DNA of 64,000 nucleotides, from IMG/VR virus record IMGVR_UViG_3300017989_000052; one strand, given 5' to 3'. Within the stretch, counting starts at the first letter, position 1. Every line of letters begins with the position of its first letter. The notes under the pieces were generated by a model, which was given only the letters and a program-made list of their open reading frames with translations, ran no database searches and was not told where the DNA came from. Made by a program: the position numbers and the translations under genes. This stretch comes from a virus. Taxonomy: Duplodnaviria; Heunggongvirae; Uroviricota; Caudoviricetes. Positions 52,393-60,920 of the stretch are shown here, piece after piece.

Positions 52393-52849
52393 AGGGGAAC
52401 AAGTTGAAATCGAAGATCCCCAAAAAGGGAACTTGAGTAGATTCCTAACATCTCAAAACCCAAAGGTACGAAACCATGTTGCTGCGATGCTTGGGTTAAA
52501 GATCTCAGGTATCGTGTATAAACAATTAGAATTTTATGTTGAGGAGATTCACGATCTTGAAAAGAAAAAGAAAAGAACTAGAACTTCCTTTAGAATAACT
52601 TTAATTAAGGAGGAGATTAAACTAAAAATTCTATTTACCGAAACCGGGGCGGAGACAGAAGTTTTTTTCTACTACCTTTTTGCTAAGGAATCGTTACCTT
52701 ATATTGAACAAGCTAGTTCTCTGAAACTGCTTCTCCCAAAAATTAAAAGCATTTTCGATAAAGAAATCGATATTGCTGCCCTCAAACAAAAGATTACCAA
52801 AAGGCTTCTAAAAGAGGTGAACAATGCTAGGACGTCAAGACAGGCTTAA
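52376..52849 (+). CDS. hypothetical protein with N-terminal tag
   Basis: FLTSQNPKVRNHVA. Confidence 0.6.
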   Translation: MKRITRGEQVEIEDPQKGNLSRFLTSQNPKVRNHVAAMLGLKISGIVYKQLEFYVEEIHDLEKKKKRTRTSFRITLIKEEIKLKILFTETGAETEVFFYYLFAKESLPYIEQASSLKLLLPKIKSIFDKEIDIAALKQKITKRLLKEVNNARTSRQA

Positions 52850-54302
52850 CCGACTCAATAAGATTGTAGAATCCGGGGATACCCCATATAAAGATCAGTT
52901 CACAAGAACCCACAGCCTAGAAGAGGCAGGCACGTTAGAGGATGGATTGGAAAACGTAGCTCTGGCAGGCCGAGTTATCCTTAAGAGAAATCAAGGGAAG
53001 CTCTTGTTTGGGCAGATTCAAGATTTCTATGGCCGCATTCAATTTTCAATTAAGGCCAACACTCTTAGTAAAGAAGTTATTAAGGCTTTTGATAAGACTA
53101 TTGATCTTGGGGATATTGTCGGCATTAGGGGAACGATGTGGACTACCCAGAGAGGCCAAAAGACTCTTGATGTCCACGACTATTCTCTTTTAACAAAGGC
53201 TATTAACCCTCAGCCTGAAAAGTGGCATGGCGTCCAAGACCAAGAACTTGCCTACCGTAAGCGGTATCTTGATCTTAGTGCTGCGGGTAATGATGAAAGC
53301 CGAAAACGTTTTAAGGTGGCTCTCGCTATCCCAAAGATAATCAGGGATAATCTAGAGCAGGCAGGGTTTATTGAAACGCCGACGCCAATCCTTGTCCCCA
53401 TAGCAAGTGGCGCCGCAGCCAACCCATTTCAAACCCACCACGATAAACTGGATATTCCCCTATATTTACGAATCGCGCCGGAAACATATTTGAAAAGACT
53501 TTTGATTGCCGGCTTTCCAAAGGTTTATGAACTTGGGCGTTGCTTTAGAAATGAAGGAATGTCTACCGAGCATCTCCAAGAATTTCAAATGGTAGAAGTT
53601 TATGATGCGTATTCAAACTATAAGGACACAATGAGGTATGTAGAAAACCTTGTTAAAAATATAGTACTTAATGTTTGTAACTCTTATAAATTTACCTTCC
53701 GTGGGAAAGATTATAACTTGGAGGGTAAGTTTGAAGAGGTCGATTACGTTTCTGCGGTAGAAGAGGCTACTGGGATTAATGTTTTAGAATATGATAGCTT
53801 CCAAGAGCTTTGGGGAGCCATTTCCGAGAAGAAGGGGGAAAGTTTTGCTACGGAACTACATCCCCCAGAACATATTGTGGGACTGGGGACTTTAATTGAC
53901 CTCTTATATAAGAAAACTGTTCGGCCTAACATCATGGGCCCTGCTTTTCTTATTGGTCACCCTGCTGCTGTTTCTCCCCTAGCAAGACAGAATGGCACTA
54001 ATCCTAAAATTGCTGATCGCTACCAATTAATTATTGGTGGGATTGAAGTTATAAATGGTTATTCAGAGCTCGCAGACCCACAGGAACAAGCAGCAAAGTT
54101 TGAAGAACAAGCAAAAGTTTCCGCTACTGATAACGAAGCGATAAGCGCCGAAGATTCTTTTGTGGAAGCTTTGACCTATGGTATGCCTCCCGCTAGTGGC
54201 TGGGGGATGGGCATTGAACGCCTAGCGATGATTCTAACAGACGCTCCCAGTATTCGGGATGTGGTTTTGTTCCCTACAATGAAGCCGGAAGAAAAGGGTT
54301 AG
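52824..54302 (+). CDS. lysS: lysyl-tRNA synthetase (class II)
   Basis: OB-fold GRVILKRNQGKL, motif 1 FIETPTPIL, YLRIAPETYLKRL, motif 2 FRNEG..EHLQEF, motif 3 YGMPPASGWGMGIERL. Confidence 0.96.
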   Translation: MLGRQDRLNRLNKIVESGDTPYKDQFTRTHSLEEAGTLEDGLENVALAGRVILKRNQGKLLFGQIQDFYGRIQFSIKANTLSKEVIKAFDKTIDLGDIVGIRGTMWTTQRGQKTLDVHDYSLLTKAINPQPEKWHGVQDQELAYRKRYLDLSAAGNDESRKRFKVALAIPKIIRDNLEQAGFIETPTPILVPIASGAAANPFQTHHDKLDIPLYLRIAPETYLKRLLIAGFPKVYELGRCFRNEGMSTEHLQEFQMVEVYDAYSNYKDTMRYVENLVKNIVLNVCNSYKFTFRGKDYNLEGKFEEVDYVSAVEEATGINVLEYDSFQELWGAISEKKGESFATELHPPEHIVGLGTLIDLLYKKTVRPNIMGPAFLIGHPAAVSPLARQNGTNPKIADRYQLIIGGIEVINGYSELADPQEQAAKFEEQAKVSATDNEAISAEDSFVEALTYGMPPASGWGMGIERLAMILTDAPSIRDVVLFPTMKPEEKG

Positions 54303-54307
54303 AGACA

Positions 54308-55165
54308 ATGCGAGAAATTATCATACTTTCCGGGTTACCTGCAAGTGGAAAATCAACCTGGGCAAAACATATGGTCAAGGAAAACCCAGGGGTCTATAAA
54401 AGGATTAATAAAGACGACCTCCGGAAAATGCTGGACTGCAGCAAATGGTCAAAAAAGAATGAGCAGTTTATATTAAAGACTCGGGACTTCCTGATCAAAG
54501 CCGCTTTAGAAGACGGTTGGAAAGTTCTCGTCGATGATACAAATTTCAGCAAAAAACATTTTAGAAGGATTGAGCAATTAGCCAAGTCCATTGATCGCAA
54601 CATTCCGGTTACGGTCAAAACTTTTGATTGTTTGCCGACCGAAAGTATTAAAAGAGACGCAAACAGAGAAGCGAGTGTTGGCGAGAGCGTTATTAAAAGA
54701 ATGCATCAACAATTTGTTGTCCCCAGCATACAAAAGTTAGAGCAGGACGAGACCTTAGATAAAGCGATTATTTCTGATATCGATGGGACGTTAGCAATTG
54801 TTACCGATCGCAGCCCATACGACACAGCATTATGTGGACAAGACAAATTAAACGTTGACGTTGCTACAATTTTAACAATATATAAAGCAGCCGGGTATAA
54901 GATTTTACTTGTTACGGGTAGAGAAGATAGATACCGCCCACAGACAGAAGAATGGCTAGAAAAACATAACATTGAATACGGTAATCTTTGGATGCGGAAA
55001 ACAAGGGACCGTAGAAAAGATTACGACGTTAAGAAAGAAATCTACTATAGTCATATTAATGGTCGGTACTACGTCCAGTTTATTCTAGATGACCGAGACC
55101 AAGTTGTTGATTTCTGGAGAGCTACTGGCCTATCCTGCTTCCAAGTAAACTATGGATATTTCTAG
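54308..55165 (+). CDS. T4-like polynucleotide 5'-kinase/3'-phosphatase (PseT-like)
   Basis: GLPASGKSTWA, RINKDDLR, VDDTN; HAD DIDGTLA, VTGRE, LDDRDQVV. Confidence 0.92.
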   Translation: MREIIILSGLPASGKSTWAKHMVKENPGVYKRINKDDLRKMLDCSKWSKKNEQFILKTRDFLIKAALEDGWKVLVDDTNFSKKHFRRIEQLAKSIDRNIPVTVKTFDCLPTESIKRDANREASVGESVIKRMHQQFVVPSIQKLEQDETLDKAIISDIDGTLAIVTDRSPYDTALCGQDKLNVDVATILTIYKAAGYKILLVTGREDRYRPQTEEWLEKHNIEYGNLWMRKTRDRRKDYDVKKEIYYSHINGRYYVQFILDDRDQVVDFWRATGLSCFQVNYGYF

Positions 55166-55173
55166 GAATACCC

Positions 55174-55629
55174 ATGAATAGGCACCTCTTAAAATATCTG
55201 ACCTGTAACAGCCCTCTTTTAAGAAATTGGGTTAAAGAGAGAATTTATAGGGAAGATATTAGATTTGAAGTTATTGAAGGGGATATCGAATATGTCCCCG
55301 AAGAGACTCAATACGTTCGTGGAGAAATTGATATTACTGGTAGAAGACTTAAAAAGATAGATAGAAAAGTAATTTTTTGTGAGTTCCTGTTTTGTTGGAA
55401 TAACCAATTGTCTGAGCTTCCGGAATTACCTGTTTGTAGGTTATTAATTTGTTCAAGCAACCGACTGACTCGACTTCCGGAATTGCCTGTTTGTGAAAGC
55501 TTGATTTGCCACCATAATCAATTAGCATCCCTTCCTCGGCTGCCCGTTTGTACACATTTGGATTGTTCAGATAATAGGTTACCTGCTGGGTTATCCTTTT
55601 CAAAAAATGAAAACAATTTATCGCGTTAG
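55174..55629 (+). CDS. leucine-rich-repeat protein with N-terminal tag
   Basis: YLTCNSPLLRNWVK, then NNQLSELPELP / SNRLTRLPELP / HNQLASLPRLP repeats. Confidence 0.8.
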   Translation: MNRHLLKYLTCNSPLLRNWVKERIYREDIRFEVIEGDIEYVPEETQYVRGEIDITGRRLKKIDRKVIFCEFLFCWNNQLSELPELPVCRLLICSSNRLTRLPELPVCESLICHHNQLASLPRLPVCTHLDCSDNRLPAGLSFSKNENNLSR

Positions 55630-56002
55630 TCTGTACCAAGAACTGGATTTTAAGGCTAGGGAAACTTTCTTGTTTGAATGTTTGCCCGACCTTGATGAAC
55701 TATTACTATTCCTCCTTGATTTCATTTCCAAGTCTTTCTTCTACAAAGCCGAATTTTTACAGCTTATTCGGTACAAAAAAGAATTTCACAGCTTGTCTGG
55801 GGTTGGACAAATCGAGATGGAAGTTTGGGTGGACCCTTTGGAAAAAGAAAAGAAACCTTGGCGTTGTTTAATCCGGGCTTCAATCTCAGAAGTATCTTTC
55901 ACCCCCCTGGAAAGAAAAGAAACCTATTTAACTAACAAAAATTCAGAAGTAAGGTCATTAGCAAAAAACCTAAGTCAAAAGGCAGACCGCGATGAGGGAT
56001 AA
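55607..56002 (+). CDS. hypothetical protein with C-terminal tag
   Basis: YLTNKNSEVRSLAK. Confidence 0.6.
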   Translation: MKTIYRVSLYQELDFKARETFLFECLPDLDELLLFLLDFISKSFFYKAEFLQLIRYKKEFHSLSGVGQIEMEVWVDPLEKEKKPWRCLIRASISEVSFTPLERKETYLTNKNSEVRSLAKNLSQKADRDEG

Positions 56003-56396
56003 ACATATAAATGCTTTACCGAATGGGCAATTCGAGCTTGCAGATGAATACGTTATCAACTTCGAAGCGGAAACCCATGCTTCGTATAAAAGGTTATCTC
56101 GTTGCCAACTTTATTTTGTTATCTTCGTTTTTATAAACCTCATGCTTGCATTAGTTTCCTATCTATTCGGTATCTTCTGGCTTGTTATGAGCACAATTAC
56201 TTTATGTGTTTTCGAAAAAAAGGAGCGGGGACTTAAAAAAAGAAATGCAGACCGATTAAGAATGTTTGGGGATTCAGATTACGCCCTAACCCAAGCTTTA
56301 CCTTCCCTCGGCTTAAAGTATAAAGAAGTAACAAAATCTTTATTAACGCATCCTAGTAAAGAAGTTAGAAAAACAGCAAAGAAAGTTTTAAGTTAA
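55992..56396 (+). CDS. two-TM protein with C-terminal tag
   Basis: Central hydrophobic helices; LLTHPSKEVRKTAK. Confidence 0.65.
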   Translation: MRDKHINALPNGQFELADEYVINFEAETHASYKRLSRCQLYFVIFVFINLMLALVSYLFGIFWLVMSTITLCVFEKKERGLKKRNADRLRMFGDSDYALTQALPSLGLKYKEVTKSLLTHPSKEVRKTAKKVLS

Positions 56397-56397
56397 A

Positions 56398-56976
56398 ATG
56401 ATATTCTTTACCGCGGATTGTCATTTCTTCCACGCAAACATAATTAAATATTGTAAACGCCCATTCTCTTCCGTCGAAGAGATGAACAAAACGCTTATTG
56501 CGAATTGGAATTCAGTCGTTCGCCCCAGCGATTCAATCTATATCTTGGGCGACTTTGCATTTCAAGGACATACTAAAATTCTTCCTAAGTTAAATGGAAC
56601 CAAATTCTTTATCTTTGGTAACCACGATAAGCGCAGGGAGGTTAGGAAAGCGCAGGATGAAAATTTATTGGAATGGGCACGGGAAAGTTATGGACTAAAG
56701 TGGGAAAATAAATTCTTTGAACTTTGCCATTACCCCATGAGATCTTGGAATAGGAAATTCCATGGGGCTATTCATCTCTATGGGCACACACATGCCACTC
56801 TCCCCCCTTACGATTTATCTTTTGATGTCGGAGTAGATGCGTGGGATTATTACCCAATTAGCATTACACAGGTCATACAAGTTGCAGATAAACTAGAAGA
56901 ACACCTAAAGGCACAGCCCCGAAATGATGGTTTGCCTTCCCCAAGTTGGAGTGGGAATGAATTTTTAGATGGATAA
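56398..56976 (+). CDS. calcineurin-like metallophosphoesterase
   Basis: TADCHFFH, LGDF, GNHD, LCHYP, HLYGHTH, DVGVD. Confidence 0.9.
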   Translation: MIFFTADCHFFHANIIKYCKRPFSSVEEMNKTLIANWNSVVRPSDSIYILGDFAFQGHTKILPKLNGTKFFIFGNHDKRREVRKAQDENLLEWARESYGLKWENKFFELCHYPMRSWNRKFHGAIHLYGHTHATLPPYDLSFDVGVDAWDYYPISITQVIQVADKLEEHLKAQPRNDGLPSPSWSGNEFLDG

Positions 56977-57499
56977 GTTAAACGATTACTTTAAGAGCCT
57001 TCAACCCAAGGACATTGATTATTCCTTTGGAAAATTAGAACTAAGGGGGAAAGGCTTTGAAATTCCTTTCGATAATAATTTTCGAAACCACCTTGGCCCC
57101 CAGGCCAAAGAACGGGTATATGCTCTTGAACTTGTTTTCCCAGATTTTAAGTGGGAACGGGTATATGTGATAATCGAAACAAACAAAAAGAAATTTAACT
57201 GGAAAAAGCTTCGCGAAGATTCCCGAACATATTATAAATACGTTATAGTAGGGCAAACAAAACAGGGAGAGACCCTTCAATACGAAAAAACTAATCCATA
57301 TTTTAGGCTTCTTAAAAATGGGGAGAGGGAAGCTAAGGATAAAACCTTTCTTTTAGTTCTCCCTGCCATAGAGGCTATTCGCCAAATTAAGGAGTTTGGC
57401 CATAAAAAAACAAAACTAAAACGTTGGCTAACCTCCAATAACAGATATCTTCGAATATTGGCTAAAAAGAAATTAGAAGGGGTTTGGCATGGAATCTGA
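56969..57499 (+). CDS. hypothetical protein with C-terminal tag
   Basis: WLTSNNRYLRILAK. Confidence 0.6.
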   Translation: MDKLNDYFKSLQPKDIDYSFGKLELRGKGFEIPFDNNFRNHLGPQAKERVYALELVFPDFKWERVYVIIETNKKKFNWKKLREDSRTYYKYVIVGQTKQGETLQYEKTNPYFRLLKNGEREAKDKTFLLVLPAIEAIRQIKEFGHKKTKLKRWLTSNNRYLRILAKKKLEGVWHGI

Positions 57500-57821
57500 A
57501 TTAGCCCAACATCTCACCTCAGCCTGCCCACTTATACGGAAACTAGCGAAAAATGCGTCTCAAATAGATGGAATCAAGCATCTTTGTCTTGAAAATTATG
57601 CTTGTCGAATCCTATACCTTTTTGAGTATAAAGGGTATGAGTTCGAAACTTGGTATTTTGATCCTGCCGTTTATGGACGCTTTTCTTATTTGTACGAATT
57701 TAGACTTCGAAAAGCTGGTTCTCCCATTTCGGTGAGAACCGAAAAGACTAACGATAGTTCTAAAATGCTGAACGCTATCCTCCAGGCTATAGAATTTGTT
57801 AAGGAGAATCTAAGTGCCTAA
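57489..57821 (+). CDS. hypothetical protein with N-terminal tag
   Basis: HLTSACPLIRKLAK. Confidence 0.6.
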   Translation: MESELAQHLTSACPLIRKLAKNASQIDGIKHLCLENYACRILYLFEYKGYEFETWYFDPAVYGRFSYLYEFRLRKAGSPISVRTEKTNDSSKMLNAILQAIEFVKENLSA

Positions 57822-58143
57822 AGAAATTATTCACATTATTTATAGCTGTAGTCAATGCCCCTATCTATTATCAAATCTTGAAGAGTTTGAATCCCAAGCA
57901 CATATAAAAGTTAATTTCAGTTGTAAACTGACATCTAAATATTTAGCATCCCAGCTAGTTTTAGTGAAGCAGAAAGAAGGGGTTCCCAGTATCGAACCCG
58001 CAGGAGACCTTACAAATGGAACTCATCCCTCATGCCCCCTTCCAGACCATACTCCAGAACGAACCACAGAGAAAATAAGACTTTCGGCTGCTCCTACAGA
58101 AGCAGCCTTGGATATACCGAAGAGAAAAAATGAAAACAGTTGA
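57814..58143 (+). CDS. hypothetical Cys-containing protein
   Basis: CSQCPY...C...CPL; GTG start with AAGGAG. Confidence 0.55.
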   Translation: MPKEIIHIIYSCSQCPYLLSNLEEFESQAHIKVNFSCKLTSKYLASQLVLVKQKEGVPSIEPAGDLTNGTHPSCPLPDHTPERTTEKIRLSAAPTEAALDIPKRKNENS

Positions 58144-58534
58144 CTTTTATTTAGTCCCTTTAACCCACAAAGGACCAAATTCAAAGTATTTCCCAGAAAC
58201 AAGGGTTTTGCATCCTGCCATTAGGGTAGACGACGCAATCTACGATCTTATTACTTTTAATTGGGGAAACCACGGTACGTCCGTAATTTCAGATGGGCTT
58301 CGTAAACTTCCCTCAAGGGAACCAGCTGATAGTCCGCTTTGGGATAGATATAAAGTTCCACCTTCTGTTTTTTTAACGAGTATTAGCCAATTTGCAAGAC
58401 ACCTAGCAAAGTCTTATTTAGCAGGAGATATTGACTGGGTTAGGATAGCAATTGAAATTGCTTATAGGGAACTAGGTAGGGAAATGGAATACTTTTTTCA
58501 AAAACTTCATGATAAAGGGGGATGCCTTCCATGA
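58130..58534 (+). CDS. hypothetical protein with tag near C-terminus
   Basis: FLTSISQFARHLAK. Confidence 0.6.
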   Translation: MKTVDFYLVPLTHKGPNSKYFPETRVLHPAIRVDDAIYDLITFNWGNHGTSVISDGLRKLPSREPADSPLWDRYKVPPSVFLTSISQFARHLAKSYLAGDIDWVRIAIEIAYRELGREMEYFFQKLHDKGGCLP

Positions 58535-59049
58535 TAAAGAAAAATTTACCGGTCTTAGCGTATCTAATTTTAGCAGCAACTGCGAACATTGTAACAACCA
58601 GAGGGTTTGAGCTTATCGGTCCCTACATCATGCCTATTGTGGCATTTATTTTCATTGGGGTTGATATAACTTTGCGGGATAAAATTCACGAACGGTGGGC
58701 CCGCAAAGGTCTCTGGTGGAAGATGGGATTTTTAATTTGTGGCGGTTCCTTGCTTTCTTGGGTCACCTACCCAGAAGCAGGTCAGGTAGCCTTAGCATCG
58801 GCCTTGGCATTTTGTGGTGCTGGAATTGTGGATACTTTTATCTACCATATAGTAAGAAAGAAATCCAGAAGAGCTGCAATTCATACAAGTAATGTTGGTT
58901 CTGCAGCAATTGATTCACTTATCTTTCCCTTTGTTGCCTTTGGAATTTTAGCCCTTCCGATTATTGCGATGCAATTCGCGGCGAAGGTAGCAGGGGGCTC
59001 AATCTTTGAAGTTGTTTGGCATAGGGTAACTAAGGATTCTTCAAAATGA
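58531..59049 (+). CDS. VUT-family (YhhQ-like, queuosine precursor) transporter
   Basis: ANIV, FIGVDITLRDKIHE, ALASALAF..AGIVDTFIY, SNVGSAAIDSLIF. Confidence 0.75.
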   Translation: MIKKNLPVLAYLILAATANIVTTRGFELIGPYIMPIVAFIFIGVDITLRDKIHERWARKGLWWKMGFLICGGSLLSWVTYPEAGQVALASALAFCGAGIVDTFIYHIVRKKSRRAAIHTSNVGSAAIDSLIFPFVAFGILALPIIAMQFAAKVAGGSIFEVVWHRVTKDSSK

Positions 59050-59519
59050 TAACCCTAGCTTCTCTTTTAACTATGGGGCGCGGCGAACATCTCTTTGCTA
59101 AAGAAATAATTCCCATTCTTGGAAAAAACTTCGAGGTTTTTGGGGTGGAAAAAAGGTCAAAGAGAAACTTTAGGGTTTATCTTACAAAATATTTTTGGGT
59201 TGATGTTTCCCCGCAAATTTACGTAGTTTGGAACCGCACTTTGCCCGAATTCCAATACTCTGTTATAACCTACAAGGAAGTTATATATAGGGTCAATAAC
59301 CCTTTTGAACCAGAATATTCCTTTATTCGGGGTTTAGATGAGGTATTACGCGAAATCAAAAATGAATTTAAGTCTAAGTTAAAACGATTTTGGCATTCCT
59401 TTCATTTTAACAGACACCTTAAAAACTCTCTTTTTAATCGGAACCTTAAAAACCCACCTTTCGCTTCTTCCGCCTTATCCCCTTCGTTAAAATTTCTTGT
59501 TGAAAATCAGAGGAAATAG
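59046..59519 (+). CDS. hypothetical protein, tandem paralog of 59550..59990
   Basis: LASLLTMGRGEHLFAK; shared IPILGK, YFWV, LPEFQY, KRFWH. Confidence 0.65.
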   Translation: MITLASLLTMGRGEHLFAKEIIPILGKNFEVFGVEKRSKRNFRVYLTKYFWVDVSPQIYVVWNRTLPEFQYSVITYKEVIYRVNNPFEPEYSFIRGLDEVLREIKNEFKSKLKRFWHSFHFNRHLKNSLFNRNLKNPPFASSALSPSLKFLVENQRK

Positions 59520-59549
59520 GTTTATACTAAAGCAAACCCAGAATATTCA

Positions 59550-59990
59550 ATGGCAATGAAATTAGCAACTTTGTTAACCATGAAACGGCCTGTCGCCCTT
59601 TTCGCAAAGAAGGTAATTCCAATTCTTGGAAAGGATTTCAAGCTTTTTGCGGTAGAGAAGAACGATGAATGTTCACAATTTATCATTTGTTTCACCGAGT
59701 ACTTTTGGGTTGAAATTTTCCCCCAATACTTGATATCCACCAACCCTAATTATATTCTACCGGAATATCAATATATTGTTAAGACTTATAAGGATATTAA
59801 GAATTATGGATATCTAAATTATTCATTGGTTAGAGACCTGGGTAGCGTGCTCCAGGAAATTAAAACAGAATTAAAACCAAAGCAAAAACGATTTTGGCAT
59901 TGTTTTCGTTTTCTCTTTTTTGTTAAAAATTCTGTAAGATGGAAATACGCCAGGGAAGACAAAGTTGTTCCAACTAAGCGAAACCCTTAA
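59550..59990 (+). CDS. hypothetical protein, tandem paralog of 59046..59519
   Basis: LATLLTMKRPVALFAK; same shared blocks. Confidence 0.65.
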   Translation: MAMKLATLLTMKRPVALFAKKVIPILGKDFKLFAVEKNDECSQFIICFTEYFWVEIFPQYLISTNPNYILPEYQYIVKTYKDIKNYGYLNYSLVRDLGSVLQEIKTELKPKQKRFWHCFRFLFFVKNSVRWKYAREDKVVPTKRNP

Positions 59991-60282
59991 AGTCCCTAAA
60001 AATGTCAGAAAACCCGAGAGGCTTATTAACGGGTAGGCCATCATCTATTTCAACTTGAAGAATTTTTCTAACCCGAGGATAAGTTTTTTTCCGGCGAATA
60101 TACCGGGGTTTCACACTAAATGGGTGATCCAGTTGCATTAAAAATTGGTAAACTTCTTCTCCCGAATCAAAGAAAAGGCAAAACCGTTTTCTCTTTGCTT
60201 TTGGGTTCCCAGAAATGCAACCATATTTTTTGTAATCTCTAGATGTTGGTCTTAATTCTACTTCTATTTGTGGTCGTTTCAT
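59974..60282 (-). CDS. hypothetical basic protein
   Basis: 102 aa minus-strand ORF with AAGG upstream, filling a gap between + strand genes. Confidence 0.5.
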   Translation of the reverse strand: MKRPQIEVELRPTSRDYKKYGCISGNPKAKRKRFCLFFDSGEEVYQFLMQLDHPFSVKPRYIRRKKTYPRVRKILQVEIDDGLPVNKPLGFSDIFRDFKGFA

Positions 60283-60390
60283 ATATCACCTTTATTGTGC
60301 CTACCAATTATATACAATTGGATCCTTCGTTTTTCAAGGAAATATCCCTATATATTTTTTAACGGCAGGAATAAAAACAAAGGAGTTAAG

Positions 60391-60918
60391 ATGACTTTCA
60401 TGCCAAATTGTAGAGCCGCCGTTGCCGTACTAATACTACGGCCCTTAGACCAAACAACGGCGACTAATCAATACCTAGCAATCCGCAACGCTAAGCGGGA
60501 TGTTTGGGAATGCCCTGGAGGAAAAATCGAACCGGGGGAAACCCCAACCCAAGCCGCAATCCGAGAAGTAGCAGAAGAAACGAACTTGCGGCTGAATCCT
60601 CAGAAATTACGACTTGAGAGAGTCTACGCCAACCCAACCGAGGATGGACAAACTTTTATAATGTTCTTTTTTCACTATAACATAGGGGAAGAGCTGCATC
60701 AATTAGATTATCTCAAATTAAGCGAGGAACACACTGACTTCTCTTGGAAGAAGTTAACAGACTTGCTAAATCTTAGCCCCGAGGATGCCGCACCCCGGTT
60801 TTTAGACTATATCCGAAGCCACTTTTACGTAAACCGTTCAACCCCGGATATCGATGTGACTCAAAAATCTTGGTATCCGGGCGAAGCCCCAACCGCCGGT
60901 TTTTCGAAAGGGAGCTAA
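60391..60918 (+). CDS. Nudix hydrolase
   Basis: WECPGGKIEPGETPTQAAIREVAEETNL; AAGGAG RBS before ATG 60391. Confidence 0.9.
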   Translation: MTFMPNCRAAVAVLILRPLDQTTATNQYLAIRNAKRDVWECPGGKIEPGETPTQAAIREVAEETNLRLNPQKLRLERVYANPTEDGQTFIMFFFHYNIGEELHQLDYLKLSEEHTDFSWKKLTDLLNLSPEDAAPRFLDYIRSHFYVNRSTPDIDVTQKSWYPGEAPTAGFSKGS

Positions 60919-60920
60919 AA

